Source: an uncultured Proteiniphilum sp.
GTDB taxonomy: Bacteria; Bacteroidota; Bacteroidia; Bacteroidales; Dysgonomonadaceae
Length of the DNA: 64,000 nucleotides
Reading direction: 5' to 3'
Assembly: GCA_964647535.1 (NCBI GenBank)
Contig: CAZYGE010000004.1
Coordinates: 6,870 to 70,869 of the forward strand
Part shown: piece after piece, positions 9,143-20,530 of the stretch
Layout: every line of letters begins with the position of its first letter
Position numbering within the stretch: position 1 is the first letter of the stretch
The notes under the pieces: generated by a model
Told to the model about the DNA's origin: nothing
Database searches by the model: none
What the model saw: only the letters and a program-made list of their open reading frames with translations
Made by a program: the position numbers and the translations under genes

Positions 9143-10042
9143 ATGAGCAAAATTATTGAATGCGTGCCCAATTTTAGCGAGGGTCGTGATAAAAAAAAGA
9201 TTGAAAAACTGGCAGATGTTTTTAGAGGCAAATGGGGTGTAAAACTTCTTGACTATAGTGGAGATTCTGATCATAACCGTTCTGTGATTACTGTTGTGGG
9301 TGAACCGGAAACTTTAAAAAATGCAGTAATAGAGGTTATTGGGAAAGCGGTTGAACTTATTGATCTAAGAAAGCAGAGCGGACAACATCCCCGAATGGGT
9401 TCTGTGGATGTTGTTCCATTTATTCCCATAAAGAATGTGTCTATGGCTGAGGCTGTTGCTATTTCTAAGGAAGTGGCAAAAGAGGTTGGCGAGAGGTATG
9501 GAGTGCCCACTTTTTTGTATGAAGCATCTGCATCTGCACCCCACAGAGTGAATCTTGCGAATGTTCGAAAAGGGGAGTTTGAGGGGCTTTTGGAGAAGAT
9601 GAAATTGCCGGAATGGAAAGCGGATTATGGTCCTTCTTCACCTCATCCCACTGCAGGGGCTATTGCAATAGGGGCTCGCAGACCTTTAATTGCATATAAT
9701 ATCAACCTTAGCACTAATAATATTGAAATTGCATCTGCAATAGCAAAAAAAGTGCGACATAGCGGTGGTGGTTTGCGTTACTGCAAGGCTATGGGCGTGG
9801 AACTAAAAGAGCGTAATACAGCACAGGTTTCTATGAATCTAACAAATTATACTATAACTTCTATTTATCAGGTACATGAGATGGTACGAATGGAAGCTCA
9901 GCGATATGGTGTGAACATTATAGGTTCAGAAATTATTGGATTGGTTCCAATGGCGGCTCTTGCAGAGTCTGCGGCTTACTATCTGGGAATTGAAAACTTT
10001 TCTATAAAGCAGGTGTTGGAAAATAAACTTCTAGATGATTGA
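9143..10042 (+). CDS. ftcD: Glutamate formimidoyltransferase
   Basis: ECVPNFSEGRD, D.DHNR.V.T, G.HPRMG.VDV.PF.P, QVSMNL, GSEIIGL.P. Confidence 0.93.
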   Translation: MSKIIECVPNFSEGRDKKKIEKLADVFRGKWGVKLLDYSGDSDHNRSVITVVGEPETLKNAVIEVIGKAVELIDLRKQSGQHPRMGSVDVVPFIPIKNVSMAEAVAISKEVAKEVGERYGVPTFLYEASASAPHRVNLANVRKGEFEGLLEKMKLPEWKADYGPSSPHPTAGAIAIGARRPLIAYNINLSTNNIEIASAIAKKVRHSGGGLRYCKAMGVELKERNTAQVSMNLTNYTITSIYQVHEMVRMEAQRYGVNIIGSEIIGLVPMAALAESAAYYLGIENFSIKQVLENKLLDD

Positions 10043-10045
10043 ACT

Positions 10046-10630
10046 GTGAATTGGATTGAAATTATTGCTGTTATATTTGGTATTGTAAGCGTTTGGTACG
10101 CTAGAAAAGAAAATATTTTAGTTTTCCCTTTTGGAATAGCAAACGTCTCTATATTTATTTATATATGCTTTGTTTCTCAACTTTATGCCAACGCAGGTAT
10201 CAATATTGTATATCTTGTTTCTAATATATTTGGCTGGTATATGTGGACAAGAACCGGAGCCGATGACAATAAACTGCAAATAAGCAGAAACACAAAGGTT
10301 GAGAATATTGTTTCATGGATTTCGGTTGTAGCCATTTATGTGGCAGCGTTTTTTATATTGCGATGGGTTAATAGTGGAGATATGGAATATATGGGTTCAT
10401 ACTTGCCCTGGATAGATTCTTTTAATACGGCGTTTTTTTTAGTCGCAACTATTTTGATGGCTCTTAAGAAAGTGGAGAGTTGGATATTTTGGATTATTGG
10501 TGATGTTGTGTCAATTCCTATTTTTGCATCTCAAGGTCTTTATTTTACTTCTATTCAATATACAGTTTTCTTGGTGCTGGCAATTCTTGGATGGAAGGAA
10601 TGGAAACAAAAATATAATACTATTAAATAA
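10046..10630 (+). CDS. pnuC: PnuC-family vitamin/nucleoside transporter
   Basis: Multi-TM; G.Y.W, P..DSF.T, LMA.K..E.W..W..D motifs; GTG start 3 nt after ftcD stop. Confidence 0.85.
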   Translation: MNWIEIIAVIFGIVSVWYARKENILVFPFGIANVSIFIYICFVSQLYANAGINIVYLVSNIFGWYMWTRTGADDNKLQISRNTKVENIVSWISVVAIYVAAFFILRWVNSGDMEYMGSYLPWIDSFNTAFFLVATILMALKKVESWIFWIIGDVVSIPIFASQGLYFTSIQYTVFLVLAILGWKEWKQKYNTIK

Positions 10631-11235
10631 TGAAACTTCAAGACTTGACTATTAGGGACTATGTTGAAAAAACTGCTTCGGGCGAAGCTATGCCTGCAGG
10701 AGGGAGCGCCGTTGCACTATGTGCAGCTCTAGCGATATCTTTAACAGAGATGGTTACAAAAATTACTATTGGGAAAAAAAAGTACGCTAGTTTTGAAAAA
10801 AGAATAAAGGAAATTTCAATGGTCTTAGAAACAAACAGAAACTTATTGTTGGATTATATGGAACAGGATGCAGAGTTTTATCAGAAGGTGTTGAATGCAT
10901 ATGATCTTCCGAAGGATTCTGAAGAGGAAGTTACTGTTCGTAACGGTAAAATAGATGAAGAGCTAAAAACTGCTACAATGGTGCAAATGAATGTGGCTTC
11001 TAAGAGTTATAAGCTGGTTGAGGTAATTAGCGAAATTAGAGATATTGTTGAGGGTAGTCTGTCGGCAGATAATGAAGTGAGCTTAATGATTTGTTGTACA
11101 GCAATCAGAGGAGCATTGCTTAATGTGAGAACTAATTTATCATTGATAAATGATAAGAGCTATATAAATGATATGCAAGACATGTGCAATTCTATAGAAA
11201 AAGATTTAGAATATAATTATGATTTAAAGTGTTAA
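10630..11235 (+). CDS. Cyclodeaminase/cyclohydrolase (FTCD C-terminal) family protein, divergent
   Basis: TAS....PAGGSAVA, MV...TIGKKKY, D...Y..VL.AY.LPK, GA.LNV..NL; TAATG overlap with pnuC. Confidence 0.85.
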   Translation: MKLQDLTIRDYVEKTASGEAMPAGGSAVALCAALAISLTEMVTKITIGKKKYASFEKRIKEISMVLETNRNLLLDYMEQDAEFYQKVLNAYDLPKDSEEEVTVRNGKIDEELKTATMVQMNVASKSYKLVEVISEIRDIVEGSLSADNEVSLMICCTAIRGALLNVRTNLSLINDKSYINDMQDMCNSIEKDLEYNYDLKC

Positions 11236-11260
11236 CGTTGACGTTTTGCTGAATTGATGT

Positions 11261-11268
11261 TATCTTTG
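11261..11268 (+). promoter_or_regulatory. -7 box (TATCTTTG) for the MFS gene
   Basis: TAnnTTTG 50 nt upstream of the start. Confidence 0.55.
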
Positions 11269-11318
11269 AGCTTCTCAAATAACTAGAGAAAAACATTAAA
11301 AAAGTAATATAGATTCAA

Positions 11319-12707
11319 ATGGTGGGAATAATTAGGAGATCGCTCAGGGATTCTGCTGCGGCAAGGTGGTCTGCACTTTTTATTGTGTCTTTTACAATGA
11401 TGTGCGGATATTTTTTATCTGATGTAATGTCGCCTCTAGCAGGCTTGCTTGAAAGCCAACTTGGCTGGACACGAACTGATTATGGTACATACACAGGTTC
11501 GTACGGAATGTTTAACGTATTCTTGCTGATGCTTATATTTGGGGGAATTATCTTAGATAAGCTCGGAATTCGTATTACAGGTTTCGGTTCTACAGTTTTT
11601 ATGGTGGTTGGTACTGCTATAAAGTATTGGGCAATTTCAACTTTAGAATTAGCAGATCAAACTATTCTGGGTTTTAACGGCCAGCTTTTCTGGGCTTGTA
11701 TAGGTTTTGCTGTTTTTGCTGTTGGTGTTGAGGTTGCAGGTATAACAGTGTCTAAAATTATAGTTAAATGGTTTAAAGGTAAAGAACTAGCTACTGCTAT
11801 GGGTATGCAGGTGGCTATGGCCAGAATTGGTACTGCAATTGCTCTTGGTTTCTCAGTACCTATTGCAAGAGCCACAGGCGTTATAGATGTTTCCAGACCA
11901 CTGTTGGTGGCATTAATTGCTCTGTGTATAGGTCTTATTGTGTTTATTGTTTACATTGTGATGGACGTTAAATTGGATAAATCTGAAGCTGCAGATGAAC
12001 TTGAGGAGCTTGATCCGGAAGAGGAGTTTAAGATTTCTGATATTGGAAGAATTCTAAATAATAAAGCTTGGTGGTATATAGCTATTTTGTGTGTTTTGTT
12101 TTATTCTGCAGTATTCCCATTTTTGAAATATGCAACAGACCTTATGGTAAACAAATTTGGTGTCGATCAAAATATTGCCGGTATGATTCCGATGCTTTTG
12201 CCATTCGGCAATATATTATTAACACCTTTGTTTGGTGGTATTTATGACAAAAAAGGCAAAGGTGCAACAATTATGATTATAGGCTCGATTTTATTAATTG
12301 TGGTGCACGGGCTATTTTCTATTCCGGGAATGAATAGCTGGATTACTGCAATGATTTTGGTAGTACTGCTAGGTGTTGCTTTTTCTCTTGTACCTTCGGC
12401 AATGTGGCCATCAGTTACTAAAATAATCCCCGAAAAAAGATTAGGTACAGCCTATTCTCTTATTTTTTGGGTGCAAAACTGGGGGTTGATGGGTGTGCCT
12501 ATATTAATTGGCTGGGTGCTTGAGAAATATTGTGTTACAGGTCAAACCATAAGAGATGGCATAACAGTTAATACTTATGACTACACTTTACCAATGCTAA
12601 TATTTACAGTTTTTGGTGTGTTAGCTCTCATTTTTGCTTTCTTGTTAAGGCGAGAAGATAAGAAAAAAGGGTATGGTTTGGAGGAGCCTAATATTGTAGC
12701 TTCTTAA
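11319..12707 (+). CDS. MFS transporter
   Basis: ~12 hydrophobic segments; GGIILDKLG.R motif A and repeated GGIYDKKG. Confidence 0.88.
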   Translation: MVGIIRRSLRDSAAARWSALFIVSFTMMCGYFLSDVMSPLAGLLESQLGWTRTDYGTYTGSYGMFNVFLLMLIFGGIILDKLGIRITGFGSTVFMVVGTAIKYWAISTLELADQTILGFNGQLFWACIGFAVFAVGVEVAGITVSKIIVKWFKGKELATAMGMQVAMARIGTAIALGFSVPIARATGVIDVSRPLLVALIALCIGLIVFIVYIVMDVKLDKSEAADELEELDPEEEFKISDIGRILNNKAWWYIAILCVLFYSAVFPFLKYATDLMVNKFGVDQNIAGMIPMLLPFGNILLTPLFGGIYDKKGKGATIMIIGSILLIVVHGLFSIPGMNSWITAMILVVLLGVAFSLVPSAMWPSVTKIIPEKRLGTAYSLIFWVQNWGLMGVPILIGWVLEKYCVTGQTIRDGITVNTYDYTLPMLIFTVFGVLALIFAFLLRREDKKKGYGLEEPNIVAS

Positions 12708-12746
12708 AATTGATTGATAGTCAGTAAGAATCTTTGGTATTCACTT

Positions 12747-12786
12747 GAAATGGACGGTTTGCTTAATTTGAGCAAATCGTCTTTTC
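12747..12786 (+). terminator. Hairpin/terminator after the MFS gene
   Basis: GGACGGTTTGCT/AGCAAATCGTCT stem with G-U pairs followed by a short T tract. Confidence 0.55.
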
Positions 12787-12858
12787 ATTGTACTGGTAAA
12801 TTCGTCTGGCATTTCAATGGACTTCTGTTATTCCTGCCAAAAAGTCCTATTTTTATCT

Positions 12859-12873
12859 TGGCAAAGATTTTGA
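12859..12873 (+). promoter_or_regulatory. Imperfect sigma54-type -24/-12 promoter upstream of clpB
   Basis: TGGCAAAGATTTTGA has canonical spacing, but GA instead of GC at -12. Confidence 0.45.
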
Positions 12874-12975
12874 CCTTATAGTACTGTGAATCTGATGTTA
12901 GGATTAACTATTCACTTTTAAATTTGTTTTATAGTGATAAAGTGAAGTTTTAGAAAAAAATATAACAAGAAAAAT

Positions 12976-15564
12976 ATGAATTTCAATAATTTTACAATAA
13001 AAGCACAAGAGGTTGTGCAGAAGGCTATAGAGATTGCACAAGGTAATAATCAGCAGATGATCGAGCCATCGCATATACTGAAAGCAATTATGATAGTTGG
13101 CGAAAATGTGACCAGTTTCTTATTCAACAAGCTTGGTGTTAATACTCAGAACTTACAAAGGGTTGTTGAGGCCGAGATTGAGTCATTGCCCAAGGTTTCG
13201 GGCGGTGATCCAATGTTGAGTAGAGAAACGAACTCTGTTTTTCAAAAAGCTGCCGATTACGCCAGTAAGATGAGTGATCAGTTTGTATCTATTGAGCATT
13301 TGCTACTTGGAATTGTTGACGAGAAAAATAGTGCTTCCAGAATGATGAAGGATGCGGGGATAACTATGAATCACCTACAAGCTGCAATTAACGATTTACG
13401 TAAAGGTGAGAAGGTTACGAGCCAAACCGCAGAAGAAACTTATCAAGCACTTAGCAAATATGCAGTTAACCTAATTGAGAGGGCAAGAGAAGGTAAACTT
13501 GATCCGGTTATCGGCAGAGATGAAGAGATTAGACGTGTACTTCAAATTCTTAGTAGACGGACTAAAAATAATCCAATACTTATTGGAGAGCCGGGAACAG
13601 GTAAAACTGCGATTGCAGAGGGACTGGCTTACAGAATTATCAGGGGTGATGTGCCGGAAAACCTAAAGAGCAAACAGATTTATTCACTCGATATGGGTGC
13701 TTTGATTGCCGGCGCTAAATATAAAGGAGAGTTTGAAGAACGTCTCAAATCTGTAATTAATGAAGTTACTAAGTCTGCCGGAGAGATAATCCTTTTTATT
13801 GATGAGATACATACACTTGTGGGTGCAGGAAAGGGTGAGGGCGCAATGGATGCTGCTAATATTCTGAAGCCTGCATTAGCTCGAGGGGAACTTCGTGCAA
13901 TAGGTGCAACTACTCTTGATGAGTATCAGAAGTATTTTGAAAAAGATAAGGCTCTGGAGCGTCGTTTTCAAACGGTTATGGTTGATGAACCAACCGAAAC
14001 AGATAGTATCTCAATCCTACGAGGTTTGAAAGAACGCTACGAAAATCACCATAAGGTGAGGATTAAAGATGAAGCAATAATTGCAGCAGTACAGCTTTCG
14101 AGCAGATATATAACCGATAGGTTTTTGCCAGATAAGGCTATCGACCTTATGGATGAAGCGTCGGCTAAGCTTAGAATGGAGGTAGATTCTGTGCCTGAAG
14201 AGCTGGATGAGATAATGCGTAGGGTGAAGCAACTAGAGATTGAGCGTGAGGCTATTAAAAGAGAAAATGATCAACCTAAAGTTGAATTGCTCACTAAGCA
14301 GATTGAAGATCTGAAAGCAGAAGAGTCTGAATATAAAGCTAAATGGCAATCGGAAAAAGAGCTTATAAATAAGATACAACAGGCAAAGATTGATATTGAG
14401 GATGCTAAGTTTGAGGCAGATAAGGCAGAGCGTGAAGGAGATTATGGCAAGGTTGCAGAGTTGCGTTATGGAAAGATAAAGAATAGAGAAGACGAGATTG
14501 AGTCTCTCCAAACTGAGTTGCATGTAAGACAGGGCAGCCGCGCCATGATCAAGGAGGAGGTTGATGCTGAAGATATTGCTGATGTAGTTTCAAGGTGGAC
14601 AGGTATTCCGGTGAACAAGATGTTGCAAAGTGAGCGTGATAAGCTCCTTAATCTAGAAGATGAGTTGCATAAACGTGTGGTAGGGCAGGAAGTAGCTATT
14701 GAAGCTGTTTCCGACGCGGTAAGGAGGAGTAGAGCGGGGCTAAGTGATCCTAATAGACCTATTGGTTCTTTTATATTTCTAGGTACTACAGGTGTTGGTA
14801 AAACCGAGCTTGCAAAAGCGCTTGCAGAGTATTTGTTCGATGACGAAGATATGATGACTCGTATCGATATGAGTGAGTATCAGGAGAAGTTTAGTGCTAC
14901 CAGGTTGATTGGTGCACCTCCGGGATATGTGGGTTATGACGAGGGTGGACAGCTTACCGAAGCTATTCGCAGAAAGCCATATTCAGTTGTTCTTTTTGAT
15001 GAGATTGAGAAAGCCCATCCCGATGTGTTTAATATTTTATTGCAAGTGTTAGATGATGGAAGGCTAACCGATAATAAGGGTAGGGTGGTGAATTTTAAGA
15101 ATACTATCATTATAATGACTTCTAATATGGGTTCTAATGAGATTCGAGAGAATTTTGAAAAGATCAATCCATTAAATAGAGAAGAAATTATTGAGAATAC
15201 TCAAAATCTGGTGTTGGATATGCTAAAGAGGAGTATCCGCCCGGAGTTTCTCAATCGTATTGATGAGATAATAATGTTTACTCCTTTGAGAGAAGACGAG
15301 ATTACAAAGATTGTGAAACTGCAGCTTGAAAAAGTGGGAGAGTCACTTGCTGAGAGTGGAATTGTACTTAAATATAGTGATGAAGCAATTCTTTCTATAT
15401 CAGAGGCAGGTTTTGACCCTGAGTTTGGTGCAAGACCAGTGAAACGGGTTATACAACGCAAGGTTTTAAATCAGCTGTCAAAAGATTTGTTATCGAATAA
15501 AGTAGATAAGTCTAAGCCTATTATAATTGATGCTATAGATGATCATATCTTCTTTAAGAATTAG
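12976..15564 (+). CDS. clpB: ATP-dependent chaperone ClpB
   Basis: Two AAA modules ([16 protein letters not shown]), long coiled-coil M domain, [20 protein letters not shown]. Confidence 0.97.
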   Translation: MNFNNFTIKAQEVVQKAIEIAQGNNQQMIEPSHILKAIMIVGENVTSFLFNKLGVNTQNLQRVVEAEIESLPKVSGGDPMLSRETNSVFQKAADYASKMSDQFVSIEHLLLGIVDEKNSASRMMKDAGITMNHLQAAINDLRKGEKVTSQTAEETYQALSKYAVNLIERAREGKLDPVIGRDEEIRRVLQILSRRTKNNPILIGEPGTGKTAIAEGLAYRIIRGDVPENLKSKQIYSLDMGALIAGAKYKGEFEERLKSVINEVTKSAGEIILFIDEIHTLVGAGKGEGAMDAANILKPALARGELRAIGATTLDEYQKYFEKDKALERRFQTVMVDEPTETDSISILRGLKERYENHHKVRIKDEAIIAAVQLSSRYITDRFLPDKAIDLMDEASAKLRMEVDSVPEELDEIMRRVKQLEIEREAIKRENDQPKVELLTKQIEDLKAEESEYKAKWQSEKELINKIQQAKIDIEDAKFEADKAEREGDYGKVAELRYGKIKNREDEIESLQTELHVRQGSRAMIKEEVDAEDIADVVSRWTGIPVNKMLQSERDKLLNLEDELHKRVVGQEVAIEAVSDAVRRSRAGLSDPNRPIGSFIFLGTTGVGKTELAKALAEYLFDDEDMMTRIDMSEYQEKFSATRLIGAPPGYVGYDEGGQLTEAIRRKPYSVVLFDEIEKAHPDVFNILLQVLDDGRLTDNKGRVVNFKNTIIIMTSNMGSNEIRENFEKINPLNREEIIENTQNLVLDMLKRSIRPEFLNRIDEIIMFTPLREDEITKIVKLQLEKVGESLAESGIVLKYSDEAILSISEAGFDPEFGARPVKRVIQRKVLNQLSKDLLSNKVDKSKPIIIDAIDDHIFFKN

Positions 15565-15600
15565 AGTTGTCTTTTCTGAAGTTGAAATTATTCTTTAATT

Positions 15601-17064
15601 TTATCTTTTCCAGAAACCGGGTATGAAAAGTGAGAGTACTGTAAAGATCTCAAGACGTCCTATCAACATAAGAAAAGAGAGAAAGTATTTGGAAAAAATG
15701 GTAGCCGATTCAAATGTGCCAATAGGTCCATATGATCCAAGGCCATAGCCATAGTTGCTTATGGATGAGAGTGCTACGCTTATTGACTCATCAAAGGTCA
15801 TGCCTGTGAGGCTTAAAACAGCTGCACTTATAATTGTGATGGTAAGGTACAGAAAAACAAATGCAATGACTTTAGATATTGCGTCGTTTGAGATTACCTT
15901 GCCATTCATTTTTACTAAATATAGTGCTTCGGGATGAACCTGACGTTTGAATACAAGAAGTGAGTTTTTGGCTAGAACTATTAATCGAGATATTTTCATC
16001 CCGCCGGATGTGGAGCCTTCGCTAGCACAGAAAAGAATCATTACCATAAAAAGAAGCCAATAAAATGGACCCCAAGAAATAAAGTCTGTGGTGGCATAAC
16101 CTGTGGTGGTTATGGCGGCTACTACCTGAAATAAAACAGTTCTGAATGTTTCTTCAACTTGAGTCATTTGACCGGTAGCAAGTAATGCTCCCGAAATAAT
16201 TATTGTGAATAATACTATCATTATCACATACCAACGGAATTCTTCATTTTTAAATATTGATAGTGATAGTTTGGAGAAGAGAGCCGATATGAGTAAAAAG
16301 TTGGTTCCTCCGAAGAACATCAATAGTGTAATTATGTATTCTACATAGGGAGAGTTGAATGATGCTATGCTTAATTGTCGTGTGGAGAAGCCACCGGTGG
16401 AAATGGATGATAATGAGTGGCATGCTGCTTCAAAGGCATCCATAGGTCCTGTCCATAAAAAAAGAAATCCAATCAGCGTTAGTACAAAATAGGTCAATGC
16501 CATAGTTTTGGATATTTCTTTTATTCTGGGACGAAATACATCTTCTGCAATTCCGGTTGCTTCGGCGTCATAAAATTGCCCGGACAGTCCACCAAATATC
16601 GGTATAAATGATATTACGAAGATTATAATTCCTATTCCACCAATCCATTGAGTGAAGCTTCGCCAAAAATGTAATGATTTTGGGAATGCTTCCATATTTA
16701 TTAGTGTTGAGCTACCCGTGGTTGTGAATCCGCACATACTTTCAAAAAAAGCATTTGTAAAAGAAGGTATTGCATCACTTATTATATAGGGGAGTGTCCC
16801 AAAGAGGGCAAGCATAATCCACACCGAGGTAACGGTTATATATACCTCTCTTTTGGTAATGTTTTTAGTTTGATTTCTTTTTTTTCTTCCTATAATCAGA
16901 AGTAATAACCCAGATATGAATGTAATAGCAGCGGATATGAATATACTGTTAACTACATTTTCTTTGTAATATATACCAATAAACGCTGAGAAAAGCATGA
17001 AAAAGGCTTCAATCATTAAAACTAGCCCTACACTACTAAATACAAAACGATAATTAAATCTCAT
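15601..17064 (-). CDS. trkH: Trk potassium uptake permease
   Basis: FFES.CGFTTTG, STGGFS, TTTGY, GST.GG.K..R, GRLEIF. Confidence 0.93.
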   Translation of the reverse strand: MRFNYRFVFSSVGLVLMIEAFFMLFSAFIGIYYKENVVNSIFISAAITFISGLLLLIIGRKKRNQTKNITKREVYITVTSVWIMLALFGTLPYIISDAIPSFTNAFFESMCGFTTTGSSTLINMEAFPKSLHFWRSFTQWIGGIGIIIFVISFIPIFGGLSGQFYDAEATGIAEDVFRPRIKEISKTMALTYFVLTLIGFLFLWTGPMDAFEAACHSLSSISTGGFSTRQLSIASFNSPYVEYIITLLMFFGGTNFLLISALFSKLSLSIFKNEEFRWYVIMIVLFTIIISGALLATGQMTQVEETFRTVLFQVVAAITTTGYATTDFISWGPFYWLLFMVMILFCASEGSTSGGMKISRLIVLAKNSLLVFKRQVHPEALYLVKMNGKVISNDAISKVIAFVFLYLTITIISAAVLSLTGMTFDESISVALSSISNYGYGLGSYGPIGTFESATIFSKYFLSFLMLIGRLEIFTVLSLFIPGFWKR

Positions 17065-17161
17065 TATAAATTGGTGAATTTCAAGTGAATTCCATTATGA
17101 ACACAGACCTTCAAAGTGAATAATTGATCCTATTATTATACCTGAATATTAAATAACGGAA

Positions 17162-18499
17162 TTAATTAAACAAGTTTTCTATACTTTTCAGAGATTTGTT
17201 AAGAAAGAAAACCACTACACGGTCATCTGCCTTTATTTGGGTGTTGCCATCAATTAGCATAGGATCTCCGTTGCGAATTAAAGCTCCAAATGTTATATGG
17301 TCAGGTAGATTGAGATCTTTTATCTGCTTGCGTGTCACTTTCGATTTTGGTTTGGCTACAACTTCACCAACATTCGCGTCGGCAAATGTGATGCTTTTTA
17401 TGTTTGATGCATCGGCTTTAAGAAGCAATTCGTTGATAGCACTTGCTGCTATTAGTTTTTTATTTATCACTGTGCCGATATCCAATTGTTCTGCCATGGA
17501 GATGTAATCTATATTTTCTATTTCTGCAACTGTTTTTTTTACCCCATATTGTTTTGCAACCATGCAACTGAGTATGTTAGCCTCTGAGTTGTCTGTAAGT
17601 GCAAGAAATGCATCAGTATCAGCGATTCCTTCTCGGATCAGAAACTCGGTATTTCGACCATCTTCAACAAAGACTGTGATGTTAGAAGGGCATTTTTCAA
17701 CAAGCATCTCGGCGCGTTCGCGGTCTTGCTCAATTATTTTGATGTCTATATTTTGAGGTAGCTGTTGAATTGTTCGCATCGTAATTCTACTGCCTCCCAT
17801 TATCATTATTTTTTTTGTCTCAAATGATTTTTTCCCTAATAGTCCCGGTAATATTTCAACATGTTTTCTTAGAGTGGTAAAATAAAGAATATCATTTTCC
17901 AGAATTTGATCACTCCCTTGTGGAATGATAGTCTCTTTTCCTCTTTTAATTGACACAAGATGGAATTGCTTGTTCTCTTGAGTTAATTCATTGAGATGTT
18001 TGTTTACTAGTGGAGCATTGCTTCTTATTTTAGCACCTATGAGAATTACGTTGCCATTACATAATTCCCACCAGAATCGTGTCCAGGGTGTTTTAATTGC
18101 CGTTGCAATTTCACGCGCTGCATTGAGTTCGGGATATATCATTGATTGAATTCCCAGATCCTCAAAGAATTTTAAATTCTTAGGAAGAAGATATTCATGA
18201 TTGTCTATACGGGCAAGAGTTTTCTTAGCTCCCAGATTGGATGCCAACATGCATGCTGTAAGATTTTTAGATTCTTCGGGAGTCACCCCAATGAAAAGAT
18301 CGGCATTCGATACACCTGCAGTTGCTAAGTCTTTTAATGAAGTGCAATTGCCTATATAAGTTATGATATCTGAGTTATCACGAATCATGGACAGCTTATC
18401 TCTGTCTGAATCGATTAGGGTTATATCATGATTTTCTTGTCCGAGAAGTTTGGCAAGGTGTGTTCCAACGGCCCCTGCACCGGCAATCAAAATTTTCAT
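17162..18499 (-). CDS. trkA: Trk potassium uptake NAD-binding subunit
   Basis: Tandem RCK domains (IAGAGAVG; IMGGSRI); overlaps dxs stop. Confidence 0.95.
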   Translation of the reverse strand: MKILIAGAGAVGTHLAKLLGQENHDITLIDSDRDKLSMIRDNSDIITYIGNCTSLKDLATAGVSNADLFIGVTPEESKNLTACMLASNLGAKKTLARIDNHEYLLPKNLKFFEDLGIQSMIYPELNAAREIATAIKTPWTRFWWELCNGNVILIGAKIRSNAPLVNKHLNELTQENKQFHLVSIKRGKETIIPQGSDQILENDILYFTTLRKHVEILPGLLGKKSFETKKIMIMGGSRITMRTIQQLPQNIDIKIIEQDRERAEMLVEKCPSNITVFVEDGRNTEFLIREGIADTDAFLALTDNSEANILSCMVAKQYGVKKTVAEIENIDYISMAEQLDIGTVINKKLIAASAINELLLKADASNIKSITFADANVGEVVAKPKSKVTRKQIKDLNLPDHITFGALIRNGDPMLIDGNTQIKADDRVVVFFLNKSLKSIENLFN

Positions 18500-20448
18500 C
18501 GATATGTGTAAATAGTTTCATTATCCTCCATCTGACTGTGTACCTCTATTATATCATCAAAGATACTGTTTTCGTCTATTTTTGCTATTTCTTGTAGCTC
18601 TGGTACTGTTCCATGGGTTATGAATTCGTCATCAATTCCAATTTGATGGATGTTTATATTTTTATTTAATTGATTGTCTGACAAATATTCTATTACAGCA
18701 CTGCCTAAACCACCTTTTTTCACTCCTTCCTCTACGGTAATTATCTGTTTGAAGTTTTTTGAAACTTCTTTTAACATTTCTTCGTCTAATGGTTTTAAAA
18801 ATACCATATCGTAATGAGCAATGCTTAAACCTAATTTCTCTGCTTTATCTATCGCTCTGGCAGCACTATTGCCTATTGTGCCTATAGATAGTACTGCTAT
18901 CTCTTTACCTTTTCTTAGTTTTCTTCCTTTGCCGATAGGAAGTATTTTTGGTTCATTTTTCCAATCTGAAAGTTCTCCCTGTCCTCTAGGGTAACGGATG
19001 ACAAAAGGACCATCATTACCGTAGGTGGCTGTATGCATTAGGTTTCTAAGCTCGTTCTCATTGTAGGGAGCAGAGATCACCAGATTTGGAATTGGACGCA
19101 TATAAGCGAGATCAAACACCCCGTGATGGGTGGGACCATCTGCACCAACGAGACCAGATCTGTCTAGACACATTATCACTTTTAGTTTCTGAAGGGCTAC
19201 GTCATGAATAACTTGATCGTATGCTCTTTGCATGAAGGATGAATATATGTTACAGAAAGGGATTAATCCTTCTTTTGCCATGCCGGCAGAAAAGGTAACT
19301 GCATGCGCTTCAGCTATGCCTACATCAAAAGATCTGTCGGGGAATTCGTTCATCATGTGGATCATTGAACATCCTGTGGGCATAGCAGGAGTAACTCCAA
19401 CTATTCTTTCATCTTTTTCTGCCATTTCTACAAGAGTGTGCCCAAAAACATCTTGATACAGAGGTGGCTGATTTTGTTTGATTTTTACAACTCTTTCTCC
19501 GGTCTCAATATTGAATAAACCGGGTGCATGCCATACAGTTGCTGACTTTTCTGCTGGTTTAAATCCTTTGCCCTTCACAGTTTTAATATGAAGAAGTTTA
19601 GGACCCTTCATATCTTTTATGTTTCGGAGTATTCTTATTAGTCCGGGTAAGTCATGACCGTCAACAGGACCAAAATATCTTAAATTGAAACCTTCAAATA
19701 GATTTTGTTCTTTTGTAATTAATGATTTAACGCTATTATTGAAACGTAGTACGAGGTTTTTATCCTTTTCAGAAATAAGTTTTCTCCTTTTGAAACCTTG
19801 ATAAACATTGTTTCTAAACTTATTGTATTTGGCTGAGGTTGTTAGCTTTATCAGATAATCTTGCATACCTCCAACATTATTATCAATAGACATATTATTG
19901 TCGTTTAGGATAATAAGAAGATTGTTGGGTTGGGAGCATACATTATTTAACCCTTCATAAGCAAGTCCGCCAGTCATGGAGCCATCACCAATTATTGCAA
20001 CAATATTGCGGTCTTCTTTTTTCAAAGATGCAGCTACCGCCATTCCAAGGGCTGCTGATATAGAAGTAGAAGCGTGACCTGCCATGAAAGTGTCATATTC
20101 ACTTTCTGCAGGGTTGGTGAATCCCGAGAGACCGCCAAGTTTTCGATTGGTATGGAAAAGATCACGTCTTTCCGTCAAGATCTTGTGACCATATGCCTGA
20201 TGACCAACATCCCATACGAGACGATCATATGGTGTATTATATAGATAGTGAAGCGCTACTGTAAGTTCAACCGTGCCCAGACTTGAGCCAAAATGCCCCG
20301 GATTGTTCGACAGTTGCTCTATAATAAACTCCCTTAAATCGCTGCTGACATCTATTAATTGTTCAACGGATAGCTTTTTTAGGTCGTCAGGATTATTTAT
20401 GTTTTGTAAATATTTCATTGATAAAAAACCACTTTCTAACCCCATCAT
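18496..20448 (-). CDS. dxs: 1-deoxy-D-xylulose-5-phosphate synthase
   Basis: [45 protein letters not shown]; start may be 20418. Confidence 0.96.
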   Translation of the reverse strand: MMGLESGFLSMKYLQNINNPDDLKKLSVEQLIDVSSDLREFIIEQLSNNPGHFGSSLGTVELTVALHYLYNTPYDRLVWDVGHQAYGHKILTERRDLFHTNRKLGGLSGFTNPAESEYDTFMAGHASTSISAALGMAVAASLKKEDRNIVAIIGDGSMTGGLAYEGLNNVCSQPNNLLIILNDNNMSIDNNVGGMQDYLIKLTTSAKYNKFRNNVYQGFKRRKLISEKDKNLVLRFNNSVKSLITKEQNLFEGFNLRYFGPVDGHDLPGLIRILRNIKDMKGPKLLHIKTVKGKGFKPAEKSATVWHAPGLFNIETGERVVKIKQNQPPLYQDVFGHTLVEMAEKDERIVGVTPAMPTGCSMIHMMNEFPDRSFDVGIAEAHAVTFSAGMAKEGLIPFCNIYSSFMQRAYDQVIHDVALQKLKVIMCLDRSGLVGADGPTHHGVFDLAYMRPIPNLVISAPYNENELRNLMHTATYGNDGPFVIRYPRGQGELSDWKNEPKILPIGKGRKLRKGKEIAVLSIGTIGNSAARAIDKAEKLGLSIAHYDMVFLKPLDEEMLKEVSKNFKQIITVEEGVKKGGLGSAVIEYLSDNQLNKNINIHQIGIDDEFITHGTVPELQEIAKIDENSIFDDIIEVHSQMEDNETIYTYR

Positions 20449-20492
20449 CTGTTTATAACGAAGTGGTGATACAAATAGTTTGTTTTTAAATT

Positions 20493-20530
20493 TTAGTTTG
20501 CCATTTCAGATCTTAGTTTGCCATTTCAGA
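20493..20530. repeat. Exact 18-bp direct repeat (TTAGTTTGCCATTTCAGA x2) duplicating the recQ 3' end
   Basis: Copies at 20493-20510 and 20513-20530; the second is the last six codons of recQ including stop. Confidence 0.9.
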
